Source: Candidatus Latescibacterota bacterium (GTDB taxonomy: Bacteria > Latescibacterota > UBA2968 > GCA-2709665). Taken from it: a DNA stretch of 64,000 nt. Position 1 is the stretch's first letter. The number at the start of each line of letters is the position of its first letter. The notes beneath the pieces were generated by a model. The model worked only from the letters and a program-made list of their open reading frames with translations, was not told the DNA's origin and did not search any database. The position numbers and the translations under genes were made by a program. Shown one piece after another: positions 1-10,123 of the stretch. The DNA is taken from NCBI GenBank assembly GCA_963667175.2, contig CAXXXF010000015.1:128001-192000 (forward strand), given 5' to 3'.

Positions 1-1553
1 AGAGGGTTGCGAAACTCTGGTTGCAAAATCGGCGCGGACGGAAATTCGATACCGTAATATGAGAAATAAGTCCGAGTAGCGTCGTATTCTTGATCGGCAA
101 ATCCGTGATGTCTTACAGAGACTGCCCGGTTGCGAACCTCTTCAGGAATGATGAATTCCTTATACTCTGATCGTATCGAGAGCAACACACCAATCCACGG
201 AGAACTCGCAAGGGAGGTCAAAAAAGCAGCGAGATTGGTCGGCCAAATTGATCGGCCTTCTCCCTCGTTGAGGGCATCAACAATTACCACAGCGCGACAG
301 CCTGCGGCCTGGGCAGCGGCTTCCAGTGCTCCCACGAACTCTTCCGCACTCACTCCCTGCAGATCCAATTGCTGAAGTACCTGAATCCAAGGTGTCTCTT
401 TGGCGACAAAACGTTGACCCATCAGTAGAACTGTTGGCGCTCCAGATTCTATGCGGCCTTTAGCGAAGTCGCAAAGAAGATGCGTTTTTCCCGTGCCCGC
501 CTCACCCTGGAGCAACATGATTCGGCGACTTGCAATCGAATCAGCGTGCTTCAATACCGAATGGGTTTTTTTGAGTTCGTGTTGAAGTTGGTAAAGGCTT
601 TGCTTGGAGAAATCGCTGGCGGGCTGTGATTCACCATCGTCAATCTCGTCTACAGGACGATCCCGCCTGTGTTGTAACAGAGACTCTTCGGCTCTATCCA
701 CTTCTTCCAGAACCAACTCGATCTTCTCGACGATGTCGGTGAACGGCAAATCACCCATTGGGCTGGGTTCTATCTGCGTAATCGCTTGGAGAACTTCGTC
801 AACCGAGTTCGAGACAGTTTTGATAGTAACGGCTCCGCTCGGATTATTTTCAATTCTAACTGAACGTAGCACGTTGTGCAGCCGTCTTCGAATCGCGTTT
901 GCATTAGATTTAACATCCTCGAAAACGAACTCTGATCGACTGAATAATTCCAGCTTACGAGCGATCGGTAGTTCGATATGGACTTCTGGACTATATCTGG
1001 GACCAGCTGACTGCACAGCTTCATCGAGGCGTTTCTGGAACCAATCCGAGTCAAATCCGCGTTGGCCAAACCAGAAGTACAAACGCCCGATGTGTTCGCT
1101 CCGGGAAAGCTGATCAAGCAATTCTGAGCTTCCCCACCAAGCGAATTCAACGCACATGCTACTTTCTCGCGTCCATTCGCACCACTTTTCAACATGCTCG
1201 TCCCAACGTTGCATTGAGGACTTCTGTCCTTTGATCCGGGCGTCGGAACGATCAAGCGGGATACATACATAATAGCGGGCGAGCCCAGGATGCTTGTCGA
1301 GCGCCGTTCTTACTGACTTGTCCAACTGCGACCATTGAGAAGGCCCCATAGTTTGGAAGTACTTGCTTTGCCATCCCCACTCACCCCCATCATCAAACAC
1401 GCAAAAACACTCGACGCCTGCATCGGGAGTACCCTTTCGTTTGAATTCTGTCCCAGTTGGGCTCTCAGCGCGCGCCAACTGAGCGCACAACTCCTCGAAG
1501 CCGTCTGCTCGCGAGCCGTTTAGAGGTCGAATGTCTTGCCAGTCGATATTCAT
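1..1553 (-). CDS. Avs4-like (AVAST) STAND NTPase with N-terminal PD-(D/E)xK-type nuclease; 3' end outside window
   Basis: Manual translation from ATG at 1553, open to the edge: MNIDWQDIRPLNGSRADGFEELCAQL..PDAGVEC..WGWQSKYF; Walker A GEAGTGKT; Walker B VVIVDALNE; ..EFRNP at the edge. Absent from the ORF track because it has no stop in the window. Confidence 0.8.
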   Translation of the reverse strand, partial: MNIDWQDIRPLNGSRADGFEELCAQLARAESPTGTEFKRKGTPDAGVECFCVFDDGGEWGWQSKYFQTMGPSQWSQLDKSVRTALDKHPGLARYYVCIPLDRSDARIKGQKSSMQRWDEHVEKWCEWTRESSMCVEFAWWGSSELLDQLSRSEHIGRLYFWFGQRGFDSDWFQKRLDEAVQSAGPRYSPEVHIELPIARKLELFSRSEFVFEDVKSNANAIRRRLHNVLRSVRIENNPSGAVTIKTVSNSVDEVLQAITQIEPSPMGDLPFTDIVEKIELVLEEVDRAEESLLQHRRDRPVDEIDDGESQPASDFSKQSLYQLQHELKKTHSVLKHADSIASRRIMLLQGEAGTGKTHLLCDFAKGRIESGAPTVLLMGQRFVAKETPWIQVLQQLDLQGVSAEEFVGALEAAAQAAGCRAVVIVDALNEGEGRSIWPTNLAAFLTSLASSPWIGVLLSIRSEYKEFIIPEEVRNRAVSVRHHGFADQEYDATRTYFSYYGIEFPSAPILQPEFRNP

Positions 1554-1580
1554 GCCACGATATTCTCTACACTCGCGGTG

Positions 1581-3476
1581 TTACAAACTCCGCACATTCC
1601 CCAAGCCATGCTGCTCCAGGATTGCGGCAAGATTCGTCTTCGCGATGTCGTCCTCGAAGGCACTGTCGCGAAAGACGACAGTGCTGTCTCCTGCCGGCGA
1701 AAGTTGTTTGTGCCACTCTACGATTCCGCGGGCAAGCGACTCGACGTCCTCGCGCGCGATGGTCTCGTCGAGACACGCCATTAACGTCCCGGCACCGACG
1801 GAACGGACGGCCTTGCCAACAATGGTTCGTGTCTCGACGGGTACGCAAAGGTCGAGTCCAAGTTTCAATAGAAGCTCATAGAGAATGTCATCTTCACTTC
1901 GATCCGGCTTAATGTGGTCAATGCTGTCGAGTAGAGTATGTTCAAGATCGTCGCTTTCCGGCTCCCATGCACGGATGTTGGACGAGTCGAGCTTGAATAC
2001 GCGGAAGCCGAGGTCACCAGGAGAAGAAATTGCATTCCCATCGCATATCTTCTTTCCGGCGCGCCGTAGACGTTCCTTAGTGAGTTCGGCGATGTTGCCT
2101 GGTTTTCCGAGTTTGGCACAGAATTCAGCCGAGGGCATTTGTTCCGAATTAGCCGGATTCAATAATTCGGGAAGTTGAACCAAAATGAAGCGGCGATTGC
2201 CAGAATCCTCTGCGTTCTGAGCAATTACCGCGTGGCCGGTTGTCCCAGAACCTGCGAAGAAATCCAAAACCACGTCAGTTGGTCTGGCACAAATCTGGAT
2301 AAGTCGGCGAATCAACATTGTAGGTTTCGGATATTCAAAAACACCTTGCGCAGCAAATATATCGTCCACTTCCTTTTTCGCAGTTGCTGTATCGCCCGCG
2401 AACTTACGCGAAAATAACGTTACTGGAACAAGCCCGTCCTGTACATCACTTAGATACCGCTTGATCATTGGGTATGATTTCCCAGTGCCCCAGATTATCT
2501 CGTCTGCATCAACCTTTGCTTTCCACGTTTCTTCGCTAAATGCCCAGTAACGACCCGACGGGCGGGTCAATATCACGCCATTTGGTTTTTTAATCGTATA
2601 TTCTGCATTATATGGATTGTGCGCGGTTATCGGATCCGCCTTCCATGGTCCCTTGGGATCATTGTCGGGATTCTTATATGCTGAGGGTCCCTCTCGCGGA
2701 ATCAATATTCGGTCCCAATCTTCTTTGTTTTTCGCATAGACTACTACGTAATCATGGCTGATGGAAAAAGTCTTTGACGAGTTTTTCCGGGTGTGGACCT
2801 TTTCCCATGCAATCGTCGCAAGGAAATTCTCTGCGCCAAACACCTCATCTGCTACGCCCTTGAAGTTCGCGAGTTCGGTGTCATCGAGACTCACACAGAT
2901 CGCACCGTCGTTACGCAAAAGGTTCCGTGCCAGCGTCAGCCGTGGATACATCATGTTCAACCACTTGGTGTGGAATCGCCCCGAAGCGTCCGTATTTGAT
3001 GAGAGCTTTAGTTTCTGGTCGTCGACTTGGCCGGTCAACTCCAAGTAGTTCTGAATGTTGTCGCGGAAGTCGTCGGGATAGACGAAATCCTTGCCCGTAT
3101 TGTAAGGTGGATCGATATAAATGAGCTTGACCTTCCCGGTGTAGCTCTTCTGCAGGAGTTTGAGCACCTCCAGGTTGTCACCCTCAATCATCAAGTTTTG
3201 CGTGGTGTCCCAATCGACGCTGCCCTCAGGGCATGGGCGAAGCGTACCGGTTGAAGGCGTTAGCGCGAGTTGCCGGGCTTGACGTTTTCCGTGCCAGTTG
3301 AGACCGTACTTTTCCTCATGATTATCGACTTCGCCACCCAAAACTTGCTTGAGTACCTCGAAATTCACCTTTTCCTCTGTAAACGCTTCCGGAAACAACG
3401 CTTTAAGTTGCTCAATGTTCTTACCCACAACGTCTGCGGAGCGGGTCGAAGGGTCATTGGCGGTGATCCGTTCCAT
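1581..3476 (-). CDS. mod: Type III restriction-modification DNA methyltransferase (Mod)
   Basis: EKYGLNWHGK, NLMIEGDNLEVLK, IYIDPPYNTG, DFFAGSGTT motifs; likely start MERITAND at 3476. Confidence 0.93.
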   Translation of the reverse strand: MERITANDPSTRSADVVGKNIEQLKALFPEAFTEEKVNFEVLKQVLGGEVDNHEEKYGLNWHGKRQARQLALTPSTGTLRPCPEGSVDWDTTQNLMIEGDNLEVLKLLQKSYTGKVKLIYIDPPYNTGKDFVYPDDFRDNIQNYLELTGQVDDQKLKLSSNTDASGRFHTKWLNMMYPRLTLARNLLRNDGAICVSLDDTELANFKGVADEVFGAENFLATIAWEKVHTRKNSSKTFSISHDYVVVYAKNKEDWDRILIPREGPSAYKNPDNDPKGPWKADPITAHNPYNAEYTIKKPNGVILTRPSGRYWAFSEETWKAKVDADEIIWGTGKSYPMIKRYLSDVQDGLVPVTLFSRKFAGDTATAKKEVDDIFAAQGVFEYPKPTMLIRRLIQICARPTDVVLDFFAGSGTTGHAVIAQNAEDSGNRRFILVQLPELLNPANSEQMPSAEFCAKLGKPGNIAELTKERLRRAGKKICDGNAISSPGDLGFRVFKLDSSNIRAWEPESDDLEHTLLDSIDHIKPDRSEDDILYELLLKLGLDLCVPVETRTIVGKAVRSVGAGTLMACLDETIAREDVESLARGIVEWHKQLSPAGDSTVVFRDSAFEDDIAKTNLAAILEQHGLGNVRSL

Positions 3477-3536
3477 AAAGTCTTCCCTGTACAAAGAGTG
3501 GCGCGGAAACTTCGGGCACTCGAGTTTGGGTTTTCT

Positions 3537-4928
3537 TCAACTTTCGTCGGCGCAGATATCTGATTGTGAGTCAAAGCGACCTGTGACTGCCCTTGCCGCT
3601 TCGTCGATGCCGGGGAAAAGGATCTCACGGTTTATATTCAGTACGCTCAAGTCTTCAATGATAATATCTTTGTACTTTTGTGGCACCCCAAGCTCGAAAT
3701 GGTCATAGACTGGAGTTCCGGCGTTCAACTCCCGGATCTTACAGGGTTCAAACCGGTCGTGAAAAGCAGAAATGAGAAAGGCTCCCGATTGCGCGCGGAT
3801 ACGTTCGAAAGATTGCTGAGGTTCTACTATGAATACACGGAAGAGATCTTTTGGATTGATTTTTTCTTGAAAGTTTGGCTTCTCCTGACGGATCAAGTGA
3901 TAGAGGCGTTGTAAGGCCTTTGGGTACACAAGATCAGAAAGAGCCTCACCGTATCTACTCTTCTTTGTCAGCAAAAGTTGCTGATCGTCGTAACAGAGTT
4001 TGGCGAAGTTAGCGATGACGCTGATTGTGTCGCTACTGAATGGCTTAACCAAGTTCCGGCTGACCGCGAACACATGCATACGACCGCACCCTTTAGCTTT
4101 TTCACAGGCATGGAATAGTGCTACAAGCGGGTTGCGAGTTACATCAAGGAGTCGGGTCGGCAGTCCATGATGTTGTGCAAGTACCCACTGCCCAAGTGCA
4201 TATTTGATACTGTCGAATTCCTCAGGTCGACGTGACATGAGATCGATCAGCATGTTCCCCTCTACCTTACGTAATTTTCTGTTTCGCATTAATGACGGAC
4301 TAAGTTCCCAGGCGTCACAACTTTCTCCTCGGAAATAAAAGACGACGTCCTCTCTGTTTTCCTTTTCTCGTAAATCCCGGCACACTTCAAGCAGGTCTGC
4401 AATACTCCTTATTTCCCTTTTTATTGGTGCCTTCTTAGTCGCATTCCAAGTATCTTCAGGGAATAACTCTGCATTCCACAGATGCGTTAGTGATAGGTTC
4501 GCCCCAGACAACTGGGTACCTACAAGCCTTGCGTGTTCAAGTCTCGCATTAGAGAGATCAGCGTCCCGCAGGTCGGCCGTCAATAGGTCCGCCCTCCGTA
4601 GATTCGCAAACTTAAGAGTGGCACCGTTGAAGTTGGTTACGCCGGACGCGAGCGCCTGTTTGAGATTAGCGAAGGTGAGATCCGCACCTTCAAATTGGGC
4701 ATCCCTAAGGTCGGACCGCCTCAGGCAAACCCATCGCAGACTAGCGTTCGAAAGGTCGGCATCTTTGAGATCAATACAGGTAAGATCAACGACCTCCTCT
4801 TCGTTCATTCCAAACTGTGCTGGTATGTTTGCACCACACAAGTCCGGTGCAAAGTCTTCACTCTTGCGTCGGTTATTCCATTCAGCCACACCCTTGCGTA
4901 GCCATCTGATATGTTCACAATTAGCCAT
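3537..4928 (-). CDS. Pentapeptide-repeat + FRG domain protein
   Basis: N-terminal A(D/N)Lxx repeats; C-terminal YFRGES, AQHHGLPTRLLDVTRNPLVAL, RIRAQSGAF. Confidence 0.88.
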   Translation of the reverse strand: MANCEHIRWLRKGVAEWNNRRKSEDFAPDLCGANIPAQFGMNEEEVVDLTCIDLKDADLSNASLRWVCLRRSDLRDAQFEGADLTFANLKQALASGVTNFNGATLKFANLRRADLLTADLRDADLSNARLEHARLVGTQLSGANLSLTHLWNAELFPEDTWNATKKAPIKREIRSIADLLEVCRDLREKENREDVVFYFRGESCDAWELSPSLMRNRKLRKVEGNMLIDLMSRRPEEFDSIKYALGQWVLAQHHGLPTRLLDVTRNPLVALFHACEKAKGCGRMHVFAVSRNLVKPFSSDTISVIANFAKLCYDDQQLLLTKKSRYGEALSDLVYPKALQRLYHLIRQEKPNFQEKINPKDLFRVFIVEPQQSFERIRAQSGAFLISAFHDRFEPCKIRELNAGTPVYDHFELGVPQKYKDIIIEDLSVLNINREILFPGIDEAARAVTGRFDSQSDICADES

Positions 4929-5378
4929 AATGCGTTTCTCACTCCACCAATCGGAATTAACTGTGTAAGGGTGTAATCCACAAACAACGGGTGTAATTTC
5001 TACAAGTATGCCCCAGCTACCACGGCTGCGTCTGGGTTATTCCTGCCAAAACGTCTTGTCAGGGGAAGTCAGTGTCGTCGGTGCGGCGAGTTTTCACGTT
5101 CCTCCACTCCCTACGCGGCACAAGCCAGCGATCGGTACATAACCTCCCGTTCAAGTTAGGTTGACGTATTGCAGATTTCGTTCGGCTAACATCCGCCCGC
5201 CAGTAGTTCAACGACCGTCACAACGGTGACCAGTAAATCGCAAATGTACGCAGTTTCGCCCTCGGCTCCGGAATCGTCCTTGCCTCTGTCGACTGATTTC
5301 ACTTACGATCGTCGTCAGGACTCATTCGCCCCCTCAAATAATGCTGCAGTCACTACTGGCAGGGCAATTCAGGACAGT

Positions 5379-6137
5379 TCACAGTTTGGAGCGTGCGGAG
5401 TCAAGTCCGGTGCGCAGACGTGCGAGTTCCAGGTTGATCTCCACCTTCCGGGCGATTTGCTTTTCATTCTTGGCTGCGGTGTGCAGTTCGGTGATTCTGG
5501 TTTCGAGTTGCCAGTAGTCTCGTAACGCCGCTGAGCGATTCGTTGCCTCTTTGGGAGAAGTGGGGACCTTGAATTCGCCAGTGACCCGGGCTGCGTTCAA
5601 GGCCTCGACCGTGTCGATCCAACCCTGATAAAGGGTGTGAAGCGTTGCGCGGGGTTGTTGTTCAAGCGCGAGGCTATTGCGAAATGCGGCCGTCGATTCG
5701 TCCGAGCAGCCATTCAGATCACCTGAGGCGATTGTTTCGCCGTCGACCACGGTTTTTCCAGACTCGGCCTGCGACCAGCGCTTATGTACAAGAGAGATTT
5801 CCCGCGCATCCCCGTTTATCGCGACGAGGAGTACCGGATAAGGTACGGCCCGATGGACCAATTCGGCAAGTCTGCCGGCGCCTGACTCGGTACGAAGGTG
5901 CAGTTCCAGCACGGCGATCTCTAGATATTCTCGGCTCGCATCACGGAATTCCGCGACGCCAATCGTGGTAGGTTTGAGTGCCGCTACCCACCTGAGTTCC
6001 TCGATTCCTTCCCGTATGCGTCGCCGGTCGGCGGCGGTAGGCGCGCCGTTGTCGATCAGGAGCGACTTGGGCACCCTGCGGTCTACGAGCGCGTTGTCTG
6101 GTAACGCTAGCGCCGATAGCGGATCGAATGACTTCAT
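5379..6137 (-). CDS. DUF4391 family protein
   Basis: VDRRVPK, LVHRAVPYP, EKQIARKVEINLEL; position between SNF2 and mod; 4-bp overlap with helicase stop. Confidence 0.85.
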   Translation of the reverse strand: MKSFDPLSALALPDNALVDRRVPKSLLIDNGAPTAADRRRIREGIEELRWVAALKPTTIGVAEFRDASREYLEIAVLELHLRTESGAGRLAELVHRAVPYPVLLVAINGDAREISLVHKRWSQAESGKTVVDGETIASGDLNGCSDESTAAFRNSLALEQQPRATLHTLYQGWIDTVEALNAARVTGEFKVPTSPKEATNRSAALRDYWQLETRITELHTAAKNEKQIARKVEINLELARLRTGLDSARSKL

Positions 6138-9100
6138 CGCGATTCTTCCGCCAAAACAACGAGAAAGGCGACGACTTCGAAGTCATTGATTCCCGAAAAT
6201 TCGTTCCCGACAGCGTGGGTGCCGCCGGGCGAAAACAAGCTTGCGACCGCGCGTTCCTCCCGCTTTCCCACAATGGATGCGATAGCACTCGCCAGGAGGC
6301 GTTGCGGCTCCCGCATGTCTTTGTAACCTCGCGTGGCCGTGTCAAAGCGGGTGCAGGCATCCAGGTCGGGCAGATCGCGACCCAGACAGAGGCGTTTCAA
6401 CCGGTCGAGGATCTGTTTGGCCTGTGTGAAGGGAAGCAACTCAATCCCATCCTCGCCAACGTGGACCAGATAATGAGGCGAAAGTGGATAACCCGATTCG
6501 AACGGCCGCGCCGCTGCGTCGCCCTCGGCTCGCAAGCAATAGATAATGCCGGGAGCGATGTCTGCATCGGTTGTGGTTGTTACCGCGAAAACGCCTGGAG
6601 GCATCTCTTCAAGTGTTCCCGCTGAGTCCCGTATATAGTCGGCCAGGTCGATTCGGAAATCCGTGAGGGTAAGGTCGGCAATCGAGACTCCGGAGGAGAG
6701 ATCTTCCAGGTCGATGACCGCGTCCTGGAGCTTGAGGAGTTGCCGGCGCCGGTATTCGAGGTCGTTCATCGGATCACCGGATTGTTGCTCAATCAGATTC
6801 TCTTCGCCTGTTGCAGAAATGTCGAGCAGTACCATGCGGCCGCTCACCCGCTGTTCGAGGCGGAGGTACTCCTCGAGTTCCATGTTCGGCCAGAAATTGA
6901 CCAGTTGAATACGGTCGTTTGGCGAGCCAATCCGGTCGATTCGTCCGAAGCGCTGGATAATGCGCACCGGATTCCAGTGAATATCGTAGTTGATGAGCCA
7001 GTCGCAATCCTGCAGGTTCTGGCCTTCGGAGATACAATCCGTTGCAATGAGAAGATCGAGTTCTCCTTCAGCCGCGAGATCGTCGGGACGCTCCTTGGTC
7101 CGGGGCGCAAAGGCCGTGAGGATGGTTGCGAGTTCCTTTCGAAGCGGCAGCGTCGTCCTGTTTCCTCCCGCTCCCGTAACGAGTGCTGATTCCACGCCAA
7201 GCGTTGTTTGGGCCCAGGGCGCCAGTTCGTCGTAAAGGTACCGCGCGGTATCGGCAAAGGCTGTGAAGACGATTGTCTTTCTGTTATCCCGATTAATTGG
7301 ATCGCGACATTTCCGTTCGATCACCGCCCGCAGTTCGGCGAGTTTGGCGTCGCGTTCCGCCGTAACCTGCCTGGCCGCCGCGTGGAGCGTCGCGAGCCGA
7401 TTCCGATCTTCGACCAGTTCCTGCCTCCAGCGGATTCGGTCGACGTCCTTGAGCAGCACCTTCACCTTTCGTCCCACCAGCAGACTCTCGAAGGCGGGAT
7501 CCTCAATGTCGATATCCGCAATGTCGTGTTCTTCCAGTTCATCATCCTGCTTCTCAATCCGCTCAAGAATGGTCTCAACGTCTGTCAGTTGGCGCCGCAC
7601 GGTGAGTGCGAAGGAGGCGACGGAACTCTCCATGCGTTTCAATGCGTTGACGCGCAAGAGCTGAATCAGGCTTTCCTCGCGATCCACCTGATGGAAGAAG
7701 CCGTCGCCGCGTTGAAGTCGGGTGCTGTATTTCTCGTCATACGCGGGCCGTCTGTGAGGCAACACGTAACGAAGGGGCGCATACGCCGCAAGGTTCAGCC
7801 GGCGGATTTCAAGGTTGATATTCCGGATGGAGGGAAATACGCCGGCCAGGTCCACGTCCGGCTTGACGTTAATGGGCTTCAGGCGATCCGGAAAACGCCC
7901 CGTCTCCAGCGTTCCGTAGTACTTTTCGATGTGGCGACGGGAGCGCGCGATGGTGAGCCGGTCCAGCAACGTGAAATAGTCGAACCCCAGCATCTCCACG
8001 AGCGCCATCGGCGTGCGCTCACCTTCATCAAGCTCAAGCCATCGATTAAACTGCCTCTGCGCGAGTCGTGTCGTTGCGTCTATGCTGCCGATGCCTTCGT
8101 CGGCCAGGGCCGTATCGTTGCCCTCGGTCGCAAAGGCGATCTGATTGCGCAGATCCGCCATTCGGTTGTTGACCGGCGTGGCGCTAAGCATGAGCACACG
8201 TGTCTTCACACCCTCACGGATGATTTGCCGCATCAGACGGTCATAACGCGTCTCACCGCCCTTCCGCGGCGTGCGCTTGTTCCTGAAATTGTGGGACTCG
8301 TCAATGACCACGAGGTCGTAATTGCCCCAGTTTACGTGTGCGAGGTCGATATCGCCTGACATGCCGCCGTCGCGTGACAGGTCCGTATGGTTCAGGATGT
8401 CATAATTGAAACGGTCGTCGGCCAGGAAATTGCGGCGGTCGTTCGCCCGGTAGAGACTCCAGTTATCGCGAAGGCGTTTGGGGCAGAGAACCAGGGCTCT
8501 GTCATTGCGCAACTCATGATACTTGATGATTGCCAGCGCCTCGAACGTCTTGCCAAGGCCGACACTGTCGGCAATGATGCATCCGCCAAAACGATCGAGC
8601 TTTTCGATGGCGCCGACCACGCCGTCGCGCTGGAATTTGAAGAGCTTCTTCCACACTTCGGTATTTCGGATACCCGTGGCCGAATTGACAACCTGATCTT
8701 CGTCCAGTTCCTCACCCTTATCCCGGAAGAGGTGGTACAGCATCAGCGCGTAGATGCTGTGTGGGTCGCGTTCTGACGAAAGAGAACGCAGCCGTTCCAC
8801 CACACCGGTCTTCGCGGCTTCATGCGCGTCCATGGAGGACCACTGCCTATCGAACCACTCGCAAAGATGCGCGCTTTCTTCGGATGTCTCCGATGCCTGA
8901 ATCAGGTTGAGGGGATTCCCTGGCGCGAGGCCGAGTCCGTCCGTGGAAAACGAAAACGACCCGATCAGGGCCTGCTGCGGAATCCCGTCCCCGTTTCGCA
9001 GAACGATCGCTCCCTGCGGGACGGCGCGGTCGGCGCGTCGGATTTCAACTGCGTTTTCGATCCAGTCCGCGCAACGTTCGGCCAGCCAGCGGCCCTGCAA

Positions 9101-9328
9101 CCGGTTGCGGGCGGCTCTGTCGGCGTCGGCGCCGAAGAGGGAAAGATCCGTGTCAGCAGGCGGGAGGATGAGACGCGTATTCACCAAGCGTGAAAGATGC
9201 CTCGTGAGTTCCTCAAACGCATGGAGCGATAACGCTCCCGACGCGATGTCAATCCGGTTTCCGGGCTGCAGCAATGGTTGAATGAGATCGACCACCCGGT
9301 CCGTTCCGGTGTTGGAGACAATCCTCAT
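6134..9328 (-). CDS. SNF2-family helicase with degenerate PLD-like N-terminal domain
   Basis: ADSVGLGKT, VIDESHNFRN, LSATPVNN, SEGQNLQD, QRFGRIDRIGS; start 9328 (MRIVSN) or 9352. Confidence 0.9.
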   Translation of the reverse strand: MRIVSNTGTDRVVDLIQPLLQPGNRIDIASGALSLHAFEELTRHLSRLVNTRLILPPADTDLSLFGADADRAARNRLQGRWLAERCADWIENAVEIRRADRAVPQGAIVLRNGDGIPQQALIGSFSFSTDGLGLAPGNPLNLIQASETSEESAHLCEWFDRQWSSMDAHEAAKTGVVERLRSLSSERDPHSIYALMLYHLFRDKGEELDEDQVVNSATGIRNTEVWKKLFKFQRDGVVGAIEKLDRFGGCIIADSVGLGKTFEALAIIKYHELRNDRALVLCPKRLRDNWSLYRANDRRNFLADDRFNYDILNHTDLSRDGGMSGDIDLAHVNWGNYDLVVIDESHNFRNKRTPRKGGETRYDRLMRQIIREGVKTRVLMLSATPVNNRMADLRNQIAFATEGNDTALADEGIGSIDATTRLAQRQFNRWLELDEGERTPMALVEMLGFDYFTLLDRLTIARSRRHIEKYYGTLETGRFPDRLKPINVKPDVDLAGVFPSIRNINLEIRRLNLAAYAPLRYVLPHRRPAYDEKYSTRLQRGDGFFHQVDREESLIQLLRVNALKRMESSVASFALTVRRQLTDVETILERIEKQDDELEEHDIADIDIEDPAFESLLVGRKVKVLLKDVDRIRWRQELVEDRNRLATLHAAARQVTAERDAKLAELRAVIERKCRDPINRDNRKTIVFTAFADTARYLYDELAPWAQTTLGVESALVTGAGGNRTTLPLRKELATILTAFAPRTKERPDDLAAEGELDLLIATDCISEGQNLQDCDWLINYDIHWNPVRIIQRFGRIDRIGSPNDRIQLVNFWPNMELEEYLRLEQRVSGRMVLLDISATGEENLIEQQSGDPMNDLEYRRRQLLKLQDAVIDLEDLSSGVSIADLTLTDFRIDLADYIRDSAGTLEEMPPGVFAVTTTTDADIAPGIIYCLRAEGDAAARPFESGYPLSPHYLVHVGEDGIELLPFTQAKQILDRLKRLCLGRDLPDLDACTRFDTATRGYKDMREPQRLLASAIASIVGKREERAVASLFSPGGTHAVGNEFSGINDFEVVAFLVVLAEESR

Positions 9329-9554
9329 AGCGCTGTTTACGTCCCACGTCAACCAAACGACCTTGATCGGAGTAAGTTAGCGGGAAAACCAATATATGAA
9401 AATCGCTATCGTCGGTCAATTCAACCCTGCGCCAGATGTGTCGCATTTCGCGACAGTCAGGGCAGACGATTCGACAAAAAAACCCCGATGAGTTCGTTCA
9501 TCGGGGTCATCTGTCTGGCAGCAGGAGCGACACGCAGCCGTTATCTAAAGGAAG

Positions 9555-9678
9555 AAGGAAGAATGCAGAATGAAGAAGTAAAAGCAGGAAGTGCGCGGGG
9601 TCTGTCGTCGGGGATTCGATCTGAAGGAAGAAGGAAAAAACACAAGGAAGAATGCAGAACGAGGAAGTAAGAGCAGGA
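9555..9678. repeat. Imperfect 35-bp purine-rich direct repeat (AAGGAAGAATGCAGAA..AGCAGGA)
   Basis: Copies at ~9555-9589 and ~9644-9678. Confidence 0.7.
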
Positions 9679-9876
9679 CAAGCGCAGATCACCTCTATTC
9701 TCCATTCCGCGATTATTCCTTCTTCGTTATTGCGCCGCTAATCCGCTTGGCGCGGTCAATCCGGTCACGTCATTGACTGCGCACGCCAGTTTCCGGAAAC
9801 GCTCTGTTCGACTATCACATCCATCTGGTTCCATAATCGCCGCGCGGTGTCGTTGATCGCTGTCCCGAAGCGTACG

Positions 9877-10122
9877 CTATTCGCTGCGTTGACCCCGCCC
9901 CTTGATTCTGCGCCGCTGGTTTCTGACAATGGTGACGAGTTCCCGCGTGGAGACGTCCGCCTGGATCGACGGAACGTCCAGCGGTGACCCGGAGGGCCGT
10001 TCCGGCACGAGCGCGTAGGTCCTGCCGTCTTTTCGACGGATGAGGACCCTTCCCGTCGCCTCGGCTTTGTCCAGCACGCGCGAGAAATTCTGCCTGGCTT
10101 CCGAATAGGTATATACGTCCAT
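9877..10122 (-). CDS. Phd/YefM-family antitoxin
   Basis: MDVYTYSEARQNFSRVLDKA..GRVLIRRKDGR; starts just after the PIN gene stop. Confidence 0.85.
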   Translation of the reverse strand: MDVYTYSEARQNFSRVLDKAEATGRVLIRRKDGRTYALVPERPSGSPLDVPSIQADVSTRELVTIVRNQRRRIKGRGQRSE

Positions 10123-10123
10123 T

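Noticed and set aside
5100-5200. GTTAG/CTAAC motifs resembling integron attC cores
   Set aside because: Spacing and palindrome do not form a convincing attC; no integrase or cassette array
5379-9352. DISARM or BREX assignment for the SNF2 operon
   Set aside because: No drmA/drmB or pglZ/brxC visible; the methylase is a Type III Mod
9540-9680. Repeats as a possible CRISPR array
   Set aside because: Only two imperfect low-complexity copies and no cas genes
9790-9836. LFDYHIHLVP fragment resembling a HIT or HUH motif
   Set aside because: Too short, with no start or supporting context
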